Virus record (IMG/VR): IMGVR_UViG_3300038427_000102
Location: 1 to 24,914 of that record
DNA from: a virus
Lineage: Duplodnaviria; Caudoviricetes
Length of the DNA stretch: 24,914 nt
Strand: one strand, 5' to 3'
The notes under the pieces are model-generated. The model was not told the origin of the DNA and did not search any database. It was given only the letters and a program-made list of their open reading frames with translations. Shown piece after piece: positions 16,365 through 24,557 of this stretch; position 1 is the first letter of the stretch, and the number at the start of each line of letters is the position of its first letter. A program made the position numbers and the translations under genes.

Positions 16365-16973
16365 TTGCCGTATAAAGACCCAGCGAAACAGGCAGAAAGC
16401 CAAAGACGCAGATATTGGGCTAACCCAGAACAGAGCAGAGAACGCGGTAGAAAGTATACAAAACTCTACGGAGAAAGACATCCAGAAAAGTTGAAAGAAG
16501 CAGCATTAAAGCGCTCACCTATAGAAATAAAAGAGACTCAGGCAAGGTGGCGTGAAAGAAACAAAGAAAGAAAGAGTGCACAAGTTGCAAAGTGGAAGAT
16601 AGACAATCCTGACAAAGTTAGGGCACTTTACCATAAGCGTAGAGCACAGAAGACTCAGGCTGGTGGCTTTTTCACCTCTGAAGAATGGTTCCTTTTGTGT
16701 TTTGCTGTGGGATTCAGGTGCTTGTGCTGCGGTTTGAAAAAGCCTTTAGAAGCAGACCATGTGGTCCCAATTTCTAAAGGTGGAACAAGTTGGCTGTGGA
16801 ACATTCAGCCGCTGTGCGAATCCTGTAACACTAAAAAGCACTGCCAGATCATAGATTACAGAGACTCAGAGCAGAACTCAGTTGGCGCTAATGCGCCGGA
16901 AAAGGAAATAAAAAATCTATGGAGCCTACCCTTACCTCGCCAGTACATCGCTCAGACCTTAGCGAAAGCATGA
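16365..16973 (+). CDS. HNH homing endonuclease (paralogue of 1796..2284)
   Basis: EEWFLLCFAVGFRCLCCG...LEADHVVPISKGGTSWLWNIQPLCESCN; AGGAGG RBS, TTG start. Confidence 0.9.
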   Translation: MPYKDPAKQAESQRRRYWANPEQSRERGRKYTKLYGERHPEKLKEAALKRSPIEIKETQARWRERNKERKSAQVAKWKIDNPDKVRALYHKRRAQKTQAGGFFTSEEWFLLCFAVGFRCLCCGLKKPLEADHVVPISKGGTSWLWNIQPLCESCNTKKHCQIIDYRDSEQNSVGANAPEKEIKNLWSLPLPRQYIAQTLAKA

Positions 16974-17791
16974 CCAAGGCCAACAATCGGAACTTCAATT
17001 ACACCATGCAGGACTACCTCTACAGCCGCAAGCCTGATTTCTGGGTTTACCTGTACAACGTGTCCGAGCAGTCGTTTGATGTGTTCCGCCCACCGCTATT
17101 TGCCAACATCCATATCCCGGGGCGTACGCGTGGGGAAACCTATACGACTGCGGCTCGCCTGCCGAGTCCTTTGCTTGCCCCTCAGGGCAGCGTGGACACA
17201 GACGAGATTGCCACACAACTTCTGGATACACGCAGGGTACTCATGGATGTTGTAAATCCAGACAATCTAAGTCTGGATCAGAACTCAGTCGTCGCAAAGC
17301 CGACGAACATTGGGAATAACCTCAGCCAGCGTGGTGTGTTCTGGTCTCTAAACAACCCACCGACCGAGCAGGAGATCAAAGAAGCCACTCAGCGCATGGA
17401 AAAGCATTTCAATACTGTGCTTGAGAAGATGAAGGCACTGGAAACCTCGGACCCCAAGGGTTTGCTGGAGGCTTTGTCCCCCGAAGCGCACACAGCCGCT
17501 GACTACTTCGGCGTGGAGACTTCATGGCACGGAAGACGCAGCAAGCCTATGGACTGTCCTAATTGCGGAGAGCGCATCAAAGCTGGAGTGGCTTTCCACC
17601 GTACGGAAGAAGGCGGAACCTGCGTCCTTGACTGGGCACGCACGGTCAAGGCCGGTGCACGTACGATTCAGCAAGCCGTTGACGCAGGTGCATTTGCAGA
17701 TGTGGCAGAAGCCCGTGAAGCAATGGGACTAAAGCCGCTGGCACCTAAGGCTGTAAAAGGTGTTGTACCAACAAAAGACTCAGAACTGTAG
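16919..17791 (+). CDS. hypothetical protein with zinc-ribbon-like motif
   Basis: 290 aa, AAGGA RBS; CPNCG...H...C near the C-terminus. Confidence 0.75.
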   Translation: MEPTLTSPVHRSDLSESMTKANNRNFNYTMQDYLYSRKPDFWVYLYNVSEQSFDVFRPPLFANIHIPGRTRGETYTTAARLPSPLLAPQGSVDTDEIATQLLDTRRVLMDVVNPDNLSLDQNSVVAKPTNIGNNLSQRGVFWSLNNPPTEQEIKEATQRMEKHFNTVLEKMKALETSDPKGLLEALSPEAHTAADYFGVETSWHGRRSKPMDCPNCGERIKAGVAFHRTEEGGTCVLDWARTVKAGARTIQQAVDAGAFADVAEAREAMGLKPLAPKAVKGVVPTKDSEL

Positions 17792-17933
17792 GACAAGCCG
17801 TGGGTTTCCCTCAGAGAGACCCACGCAAATTTCAGTATCAAAGCTTACCGGGCAAAGGGCATCATGAGTAACGATGTCTGAGTCCATCGCGAATTGAGGC
17901 TTAGAGCCCGGTATGTAAACTTTTAGAGAGCGA

Positions 17934-17968
17934 GCCAACGTGAACAGCGTTGGCCTCTTTTCGTGTTT
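17934..17968 (+). terminator. possible intrinsic terminator/attenuator
   Basis: GCCAACG-tgaacag-CGTTGGC followed by CTCTTTTCGTGTTT, just before the RBS of 17985. Confidence 0.35.
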
Positions 17969-17984
17969 ATAGGAGCAGTACAAA

Positions 17985-18839
17985 ATGTCTTCACCAACGA
18001 TCAACGGTAATCTAGCGGGCATGCAGGACACAAGTCTACTTACTATATCAAACCTAGTTAGGGCTTTAATCAACGACTCACAAGCAGGTTTGACAGGTAC
18101 TCCCGGGGAGGGGCAAATCTGGGTCGATAATAGTTCTGTAGCACCTTTTGTACAGCCTTTACTAATGTCTGCAATACGTAATCTCTACAGACAACTGCGC
18201 AATGTCGGAGACCCATCCCTCATTTATGACTCATACATTATCTCTGGTATAACCCCGGTGAACGGAGCAAATGGTCTCGGAATGCCGGACCCTGCTACGC
18301 AAGTTTTTATCTCCCAAAATGGGTACTTTGATGGCACAGAGATTTGGCCCAACCTCACTCTGCCTAGCAATATGCTAAGTTTAGAGAAAGTTTGGGAACG
18401 GCAAACAGGAACGAACAACACCTTCGTGCAAATGCGACAGCCCCAAGGGGGCATGGGTTCCCGTCCGCAACAGCCTTCATTTATAGAGTGGGAATGGAGG
18501 AATTATCAATTGTGGATGGTGGGCAGCACACAGACAAACGATCTTAGATTACGTTACTGGGGGACTCTGCCTACCTTTTATAGCCCCACGCTAGACTACG
18601 CATCTACTTACGTTCCAATTTATGACTGTACGGATGCGGTAGCTTATTTGGCCGCGGTCATGTATAGCCGTATGCTAGGTACCCCCGGTCTACCAGACTT
18701 AATCGGTGAAGCCAAGGAACAGATGCATCAGTTGAAAAACGCAGTTGTGAAACGCATGCAGACCATAGATTTCCATAGGCATCCATTTGGTAGTTCTGGG
18801 CAGCACGATACAAACAATCAATTCATGGGCTGGATTTAA
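17985..18839 (+). CDS. putative head-completion/neck (adaptor) protein
   Basis: 284 aa, AGGAG RBS. Helical N- and C-termini flank a beta-rich middle (WEWRNYQLW...LRLRY), as in head-tail adaptors; lies before the tailspike. Function is inferred. Confidence 0.45.
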   Translation: MSSPTINGNLAGMQDTSLLTISNLVRALINDSQAGLTGTPGEGQIWVDNSSVAPFVQPLLMSAIRNLYRQLRNVGDPSLIYDSYIISGITPVNGANGLGMPDPATQVFISQNGYFDGTEIWPNLTLPSNMLSLEKVWERQTGTNNTFVQMRQPQGGMGSRPQQPSFIEWEWRNYQLWMVGSTQTNDLRLRYWGTLPTFYSPTLDYASTYVPIYDCTDAVAYLAAVMYSRMLGTPGLPDLIGEAKEQMHQLKNAVVKRMQTIDFHRHPFGSSGQHDTNNQFMGWI

Positions 18840-18848
18840 GGAGAACAC

Positions 18849-21200
18849 ATGAACAATCTTTATAGAATGGACGGGTGGGTGAAAAGTCCACTAGGGCAAG
18901 CCCTAGCTGGCGCTCAGATTTATGTATGTGCCCCACAACCGGCGAATGTAGCTACTCTTCCTCCTAGTCCTCTGGCCAGTATATTCTCCGACCCCGCAGG
19001 CTTGGCACCGATTTCTCAGCCTATCTCCGCAGACAACTTCGGGCACTACGACTTCTACGCTTTGTCTGGAATATACACCATCATAGTGGTCTATGGTGGA
19101 AAAGTTCAGCAGGTTTATCCAGACCAGACTGTAGGTATACCCGGTGCAGCCACCATTGGCTCTTTAGCAAGTTTTGCACTGTTGGCAGGAGCAACGTTTA
19201 CTGGGCCAATTACATCTCCAAGTGTCAACAGCACAGTATATGCTTCACAGTTTTCTGGGGCAAGTATAGTTGAGAAAATTCAGGCTGCAATCACATCTTT
19301 ATCAGGAGGGCCCGGCGTTGTAGTTATCCCCGCAGAAACCTTTGTTGCAAGTCCAGTTTCTTCTTGGCAACTTGGTTACAATGGTGGCTACGGAAGTGCC
19401 GGTCAGACTGTTGGAGTCATCATCCCTTCAAACGTTACCATCATGGGTGCTGGCGCAGGATTGACTATAATCAACGTCACCCGTATCGTCTCCGATCCTC
19501 CTGCATTCCTGTTCGTCAACAAGAATTACTCCACGGGTGATTCCAATATTCGCCTTTCTGGAATGACTATCAATTGGGCGGACAGTTCTACCGTTAGTTA
19601 TTCCGCGTGCATTAGTCTATTTGACTATGTAGATAAGTTGGAAATTGACCACGTAGAATTTATAGGCGAAGCCAACAATCTATGCAACAACCTTGATTGC
19701 ACCCACTTTGACATCCATGACAACCGCTTTGCTATTTCTACGAAAAACTCAGGAAACAATGGGAATGCCTGTCTAGGCATAGCCCGATTTGGCGGGACAC
19801 AAGCATCTCCAGTAACTCCGTACATAAACGCTGGCGGTCACATATACAACAACTATTTTATCCAGACGGATAACAGTGTTAACACCCAGTTTTCTATGTT
19901 AGTTGTTTCTCAGTCCTGCGTAGTCATTGAAGGGAACACTTTTGACGGATACACCCAAACAAAGGGCAATGTACGTGTTGGAAATTCTATCGAAATGGGA
20001 ACAGACAATCTTGGTCTACTCCCTTCGTATATCACTATTAAGGGAAACAAGTTTTTAGGCACAGCGGGGATGAATCCTTTGAATATTTTCAATTCAGACA
20101 TCACCGAAAACGATTGCTTCATGTCTAGCATTTTAGTGCAATCGGCAGGTACTGGTTACGGCCTTAGCGATACAGGTGTTCATGTTGAGGGCAACCATAT
20201 ACGTTGGGGGTCTATTACCATAGGAAACGATGATGCTGGTACGGGTCGTTCTACTGTTATAGGCAACGTAGTTGAGGATTCTGGCGATAACCCTGATGGC
20301 ACTAGCTACAGCAGCGATTTTGGAATCGCTGTCTATAATTCTGTCCCCAATGCACAGGGCAGTGTTATAAAGAACAATGTAGTTAAATACGGAGCAGCAG
20401 GCATTATTGCTGCAGGCGCGTCTGTCATCGATGGCAACATCATCATCAACAGCAATAGCCAGCAGAACGGTACCCTCGCTTTGCAGATTAACCCCCCCGG
20501 AAATGGGGATACCTTCAAAACGGCAATTGTCAACAACAACACAATCATCAACGATCAAAATGCATATACTACTGGAACTATAGGAATGGTAGCGACTCCT
20601 ACAGGAACATCTTACATTTCATCAGGAGTCAGTGTATGGGTATATTTGACAGGCGGCACATGGTCTAACTGGACTAACCGTTGGCTATGGGTAGGTTCTA
20701 CCCGTTATGCTATCAAAACCTTCCTTGATGCAAATCATGTCGAACTTGAACTTCCCGTATACATTGCAAGTGGCACGGCATATTCTTTGCAAAACAACTC
20801 TGGTACAACGAGTATGTATACGATTATGTCTCTTGCAAATGGCATAGGATCGTTTACAAACAACAGTTTCATTAGTACAGCGGCTGACCCATTGCCAGCA
20901 GATCACGCAATAATCACCGAGCATGGTAAGTCTGTTGATTACATCAATGGAAATAGATTTTCGTATTGGAGTCTTCAGTCCCCATCTACAACCTATGACT
21001 ACGAAGCAACCACAGCTCTTGGTGGCTTGACTGTTCAAGGGGCTACTCCTACAGGCTCCTTGACGGGGATTGCACTTGGTATAACCACAGCTGCCACCGC
21101 TAGCGATACGGGAGCAATTGTACTTCCTGCTCATCCTGCTGGGTTTTTGGAAATCAACATTAGTGGCACCATCTATAAATTGCCGTATTATGCGTCATAA
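18849..21200 (+). CDS. tailspike/fibre-like protein with parallel beta-helix (pectin lyase-like) domain
   Basis: N-terminal virion-attachment-like domain (LAGAQIYVC...LASIFSD...PISADNFGHYDFY); IQAAI...GGPGVVVIP entry motif; many I.GN/I.NN repeats; C-terminal GFLEINISGTIYKLPYY. Confidence 0.8.
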   Translation: MNNLYRMDGWVKSPLGQALAGAQIYVCAPQPANVATLPPSPLASIFSDPAGLAPISQPISADNFGHYDFYALSGIYTIIVVYGGKVQQVYPDQTVGIPGAATIGSLASFALLAGATFTGPITSPSVNSTVYASQFSGASIVEKIQAAITSLSGGPGVVVIPAETFVASPVSSWQLGYNGGYGSAGQTVGVIIPSNVTIMGAGAGLTIINVTRIVSDPPAFLFVNKNYSTGDSNIRLSGMTINWADSSTVSYSACISLFDYVDKLEIDHVEFIGEANNLCNNLDCTHFDIHDNRFAISTKNSGNNGNACLGIARFGGTQASPVTPYINAGGHIYNNYFIQTDNSVNTQFSMLVVSQSCVVIEGNTFDGYTQTKGNVRVGNSIEMGTDNLGLLPSYITIKGNKFLGTAGMNPLNIFNSDITENDCFMSSILVQSAGTGYGLSDTGVHVEGNHIRWGSITIGNDDAGTGRSTVIGNVVEDSGDNPDGTSYSSDFGIAVYNSVPNAQGSVIKNNVVKYGAAGIIAAGASVIDGNIIINSNSQQNGTLALQINPPGNGDTFKTAIVNNNTIINDQNAYTTGTIGMVATPTGTSYISSGVSVWVYLTGGTWSNWTNRWLWVGSTRYAIKTFLDANHVELELPVYIASGTAYSLQNNSGTTSMYTIMSLANGIGSFTNNSFISTAADPLPADHAIITEHGKSVDYINGNRFSYWSLQSPSTTYDYEATTALGGLTVQGATPTGSLTGIALGITTAATASDTGAIVLPAHPAGFLEINISGTIYKLPYYAS

Positions 21201-21215
21201 ACAGGGAGGGCTCAG

Positions 21216-21416
21216 ATGTGGGATAAAATATTATCAGCGGCTAAGGATTACCACTTGCCTATCGCTGTGTTCGTCTTCATAGTAGGTTCAGTGATGCAGT
21301 GGTTTCATCACCTCGACGCAGCATACGTGGCGTACACAGCAACAGTGCTTGGGGCTGTAACTGGGCATGCATTCAGTCCGGCGCAGCAGGACAAATCTGA
21401 CGGTACAAGCAAGTGA
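21216..21416 (+). CDS. small membrane protein, holin-like
   Basis: 66 aa, GGGAGG RBS, two hydrophobic helices, polar charged tail. Confidence 0.5.
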   Translation: MWDKILSAAKDYHLPIAVFVFIVGSVMQWFHHLDAAYVAYTATVLGAVTGHAFSPAQQDKSDGTSK

Positions 21417-22129
21417 GACGCCTAGAAAGGCATAGGAAACCCGAGGTTGCCCTTCCTCCCGGCAATGCTGCAACGATAATTATACCTAGCAAATACCCGG
21501 ATATCTTCGAAGGGTGCAGAAGCAGCCTTGAGCAGTATGCTCCGCAGGCACCCAAGATTCTGGTGCGTGACGGGGACGCCATAGGGAACCCTAAGGGCTG
21601 GACGGTCATTCAAGGGGTTTCTCCCTTCATTTACGCTAGAAACTGTAATATAGGTATACAGGCATGTTCTGACGATATATTACTTTGCAACGATGATGTG
21701 AGATTTCTTCATACTGGAACGTTGTATACTTTGCAGAGCCTTTTCGTCACCCACCCACACGTAGGCATTCTCTCCCCCAGCGTGGACGGCGTAGCAAACG
21801 GTGTTTCATGCTCGGGGCAAGCTGTGCATGAGACCAAGCATTATCTCAGCTTCGTCTGTGTCCTAATTCGGCGCGCGCTGATCGACAAGATCGGACTTCT
21901 GGACGAGAAATTCACTTTTTATGGGGGAGAAGACGTGGATTACTGCCGCAGAGCACAGCGTGCGGGCTTTACGCTCGCGGTTACGTCGCTGGTGACGGTC
22001 GCACATAAGCATGCTAGTTCTTCATACACCAGAGAGCATGCGCTAGAGTTGAAAAGAGAAGCAGCAAACAGGTATTATGTTGAGAAATGGGGCCGTAGAA
22101 CGCCCGGGCATTATGCAGATGAAGTTTGA
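21413..22129 (+). CDS. glycosyltransferase family 2
   Basis: TIIIPS, YARNCNIGI, ILLCNDDV, IGLLDEKF..YGGEDVDYCRRA motifs. Confidence 0.88.
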   Translation: MRRLERHRKPEVALPPGNAATIIIPSKYPDIFEGCRSSLEQYAPQAPKILVRDGDAIGNPKGWTVIQGVSPFIYARNCNIGIQACSDDILLCNDDVRFLHTGTLYTLQSLFVTHPHVGILSPSVDGVANGVSCSGQAVHETKHYLSFVCVLIRRALIDKIGLLDEKFTFYGGEDVDYCRRAQRAGFTLAVTSLVTVAHKHASSSYTREHALELKREAANRYYVEKWGRRTPGHYADEV

Positions 22130-22134
22130 AACAT

Positions 22135-22205
22135 CTCAAGACCTCGAATCTTGAGCTAGGGCTGGGAGCAGCCTTCACTGCTCCCTTCCCGTCCTTGAAG
22201 GAGGA
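22135..22205 (+). promoter_or_regulatory. hairpin + pseudoknot leader motif, copy E (upstream of HNH gene)
   Basis: CTCAAGA-cctcgaa-TCTTGAG (same loop as copy A); GGGAGCAG-ccttca-CTGCTCCC (same stem as copy D); loop CCTTCA (22172-22177) is complementary to TGAAGG (22196-22201), which overlaps SD GGAGGA. Confidence 0.75.
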
Positions 22206-22208
22206 TTT

Positions 22209-22763
22209 ATGTCGGAATCGTCACGTAGGTGGAGAGAAAAATATCCAGAGAGAGCAAGAGAATCGGCGTGTAAGAGCAGACTTAAACGAAGACAAAAAGA
22301 CCCAGAAGGGGTACGTGAATACAGCAACAATTGGAATGCTTCCCATCCAGAAAAAGCACGTGAGAGAGCTAGAGTATGGAATAAAGAGAATCCAGAAAAA
22401 GTACGTGAAAAGACTAGAAAATGGCGTAAGGAAAACCCGGAAAAGGTAAAGGCCCAAAAGAATAAACGTCGCTCATTCGAATTGGGAGGTGAAGGAGCTT
22501 TCACTGCACAAGAGTGGACAGCTCTTAAAATCTCCACGGGAAATATGTGCCTTTGTTGTAAGCGTACAGAGCAGGTGCTAGTCTCTTTGGGATTAAAATT
22601 GGTACCAGACCATGTTGTTGCGTTGATACACGGAGGTTCTGGCGGCATCACAAACATTCAGCCACTGTGCCACGGTGTAGGTGGATGCAACAATAAAAAG
22701 TACACTAAGAACACAGACTACCGTGTTAATAAGGCTCAGGATAATCATGGAGACGAATCCTAA
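22209..22763 (+). CDS. HNH homing endonuclease
   Basis: W.KENPEKV repeats; FTAQEW...CLCC...PDHVVAL..GG...NIQPLC....GCNNKK. Confidence 0.88.
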   Translation: MSESSRRWREKYPERARESACKSRLKRRQKDPEGVREYSNNWNASHPEKARERARVWNKENPEKVREKTRKWRKENPEKVKAQKNKRRSFELGGEGAFTAQEWTALKISTGNMCLCCKRTEQVLVSLGLKLVPDHVVALIHGGSGGITNIQPLCHGVGGCNNKKYTKNTDYRVNKAQDNHGDES

Positions 22764-23463
22764 TATCGCCGTCGTTGTGGCTGTCAATAATGACAAGCAA
22801 TTCAGCGAGTATGTGCTGTCCTCCCCCGGCCTGAAGGAGATTGAGGTGCAGATCATCCCCGTACGCGGGGCAACATCTGGTGCCGAAGCATTCTACCGAG
22901 GTGTACAGCAGACAACGTGTCCGTGGATTTTATATTGCCATCAGGATGTATTTTTTCCTGAAGGTTCAGGACAGGCCATTGAGAAAATACTACCCAGCTT
23001 ATCCAAAGATACCATCTTGGGGTTTGCTGGAATGGTGGGAAAACTGAATTCTGACGATGTAAAGGGTGCTGGGATTGTGCAAAGTGGTCGTTCAGGGTTG
23101 ATAGACTTTCCAAGTAGGAGAACCGATGCTATCTCTCTCGATGAGTTTGCTATTGTTTTGAACAGGGAATGCAAGTATAAGATTGATCCCAAATTGGGAT
23201 GGCATTTGTGGGGTACTGATCTGTGCCTGCAGTCCGCAATAGATGGGTGCTCTGCCCGAGTAGAGAGAGTACTACTGACTCACTACTCTTCCCACGACTA
23301 CATTGGAGATGGCGGCTTACCCGCTGAATTCTTCGACAGCCAAAACGTCCTCATAGCAAAGTATCATCAACTCCACACAATTCACAGTCTGTGTGTAATG
23401 TGGCACAGGGAAGCGCCAGCACCGAAGCGTAGCCTAAGACGGCCACCTAGACTCGGGAGATAG
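22747..23463 (+). CDS. glycosyltransferase-like protein (GT-A fold)
   Basis: IAVVVAVN, ILYCHQDV, SLDE, WHLWGTDLCLQ motifs; AGGA RBS before ATG 22747. Confidence 0.75.
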   Translation: METNPNIAVVVAVNNDKQFSEYVLSSPGLKEIEVQIIPVRGATSGAEAFYRGVQQTTCPWILYCHQDVFFPEGSGQAIEKILPSLSKDTILGFAGMVGKLNSDDVKGAGIVQSGRSGLIDFPSRRTDAISLDEFAIVLNRECKYKIDPKLGWHLWGTDLCLQSAIDGCSARVERVLLTHYSSHDYIGDGGLPAEFFDSQNVLIAKYHQLHTIHSLCVMWHREAPAPKRSLRRPPRLGR

Positions 23464-23466
23464 GCT

Positions 23467-24234
23467 ATGAAAATCTTTATCTGCATTGGCAGTTGTCGAG
23501 CATACGCTTTGAAGGGAAGTCACCAAGCCATACGAGAAACGTATTTAGAAGACATCTCTAGCTTTCAGAACATTGATTACGTCTTCAGTATGGGAGACGG
23601 CACACCGACAGGTGAAGATGAGAGTGAGATGCTGGCAAGTCTAGATGTGGCAGGTTGCCATCCGTACTGGAAAGACCAAAAAGAAGCAGATGTGCATTAT
23701 GTACCTAAGTCTGACGAAGTTTTTATACCTATACCAGACAGGTATATTTATGGAGCATGGGGTACTAGGGAAAATCTACGACGGGCCCTGAAAAAGGACT
23801 ACGATTTTTATTTCATATGCCCTACCGATACCTACATTCAGATTGGTCGCTTCTTAAAGAGCGGATTTGAGGAATATGACTACGTGGGCAGACCGTGGCG
23901 TAATCCATGGAATAAATTTACATACGCTGGTGGAGGGTCTGGGTACTGTCTAAGCAAGAAATCCGCTCAGGTACTTGCAGACTCCAAGATCGACACTTAC
24001 TCTGAAGACCAATGGTCCGGCACGCACCTCGGAGAACATGGTATACTTCTACACGAAGACAGGCGCTACAGTGCTAGCCCACACATGGATAGATGTTGTG
24101 CTTCATCGGACAGAGACCCCCTGTTCCCGATGCACAGTAATGCACAGATTACTGCTCACCTCGCTGAAACTCCTGACATCTACAATGAACGATTGATGTA
24201 CTATGCCCATGACATTTGGAAGAGTGGAATCTAG
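23467..24234 (+). CDS. glycosyltransferase, Fringe/GT31-like
   Basis: YDFYFICPTDTYI, DYVG, YAGGGSGYCLSKK, EDQWSG motifs. Confidence 0.75.
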   Translation: MKIFICIGSCRAYALKGSHQAIRETYLEDISSFQNIDYVFSMGDGTPTGEDESEMLASLDVAGCHPYWKDQKEADVHYVPKSDEVFIPIPDRYIYGAWGTRENLRRALKKDYDFYFICPTDTYIQIGRFLKSGFEEYDYVGRPWRNPWNKFTYAGGGSGYCLSKKSAQVLADSKIDTYSEDQWSGTHLGEHGILLHEDRRYSASPHMDRCCASSDRDPLFPMHSNAQITAHLAETPDIYNERLMYYAHDIWKSGI

Positions 24235-24372
24235 ATGCAATATCTTATCAAGAAAGAGCCCCCATGGAAAACGCCTCTTCGATGGCGATGGGAGATAGAA
24301 AAGCGTGTTCTGCAGATTTTGGCAGCTATTGTGGTGCTCGGTTTGATGCTTGTTTTACTGGAGAAACTATGA
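24235..24372 (+). CDS. small membrane protein (45 aa)
   Basis: Not in track. MQYLIKKEPPWKTPLRWRWEIEKRVLQILAAIVVLGLMLVLLEKL*; abuts the upstream stop and overlaps the next ATG (ATGA). Confidence 0.55.
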   Translation: MQYLIKKEPPWKTPLRWRWEIEKRVLQILAAIVVLGLMLVLLEKL

Positions 24373-24557
24373 CAGCGCCCGAAAAAAGATGGATGCCGGG
24401 ATATCCAGTGGGATTTCACGAGGTCTCTTATCCCGACTGCCATGCACCATCTGAGAAAGTAGCGAAGATGTTGGATGAGGCTCGCAGGGAGTACCAAAAG
24501 GCTCAGGAGAAGACTCATGGAGGAACTGGCAAGGATGGCAAGGAAGCGCCTGCTTAA
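24369..24557 (+). CDS. small hypothetical protein
   Basis: GGAG RBS before ATG 24369; 3' part of track ORF 24216..24557. Confidence 0.55.
   Translation: MTAPEKRWMPGYPVGFHEVSYPDCHAPSEKVAKMLDEARREYQKAQEKTHGGTGKDGKEAPA

Noticed and set aside
13551-17783. CRISPR-like or tandem array from the recurring GACTCAG
   Set aside because: The repeats are only 7 nt, irregularly spaced and often inside genes; no array or cas genes are seen.
22126-22449. 107-aa + strand track ORF
   Set aside because: It runs through the structured leader and overlaps the HNH gene out of frame.
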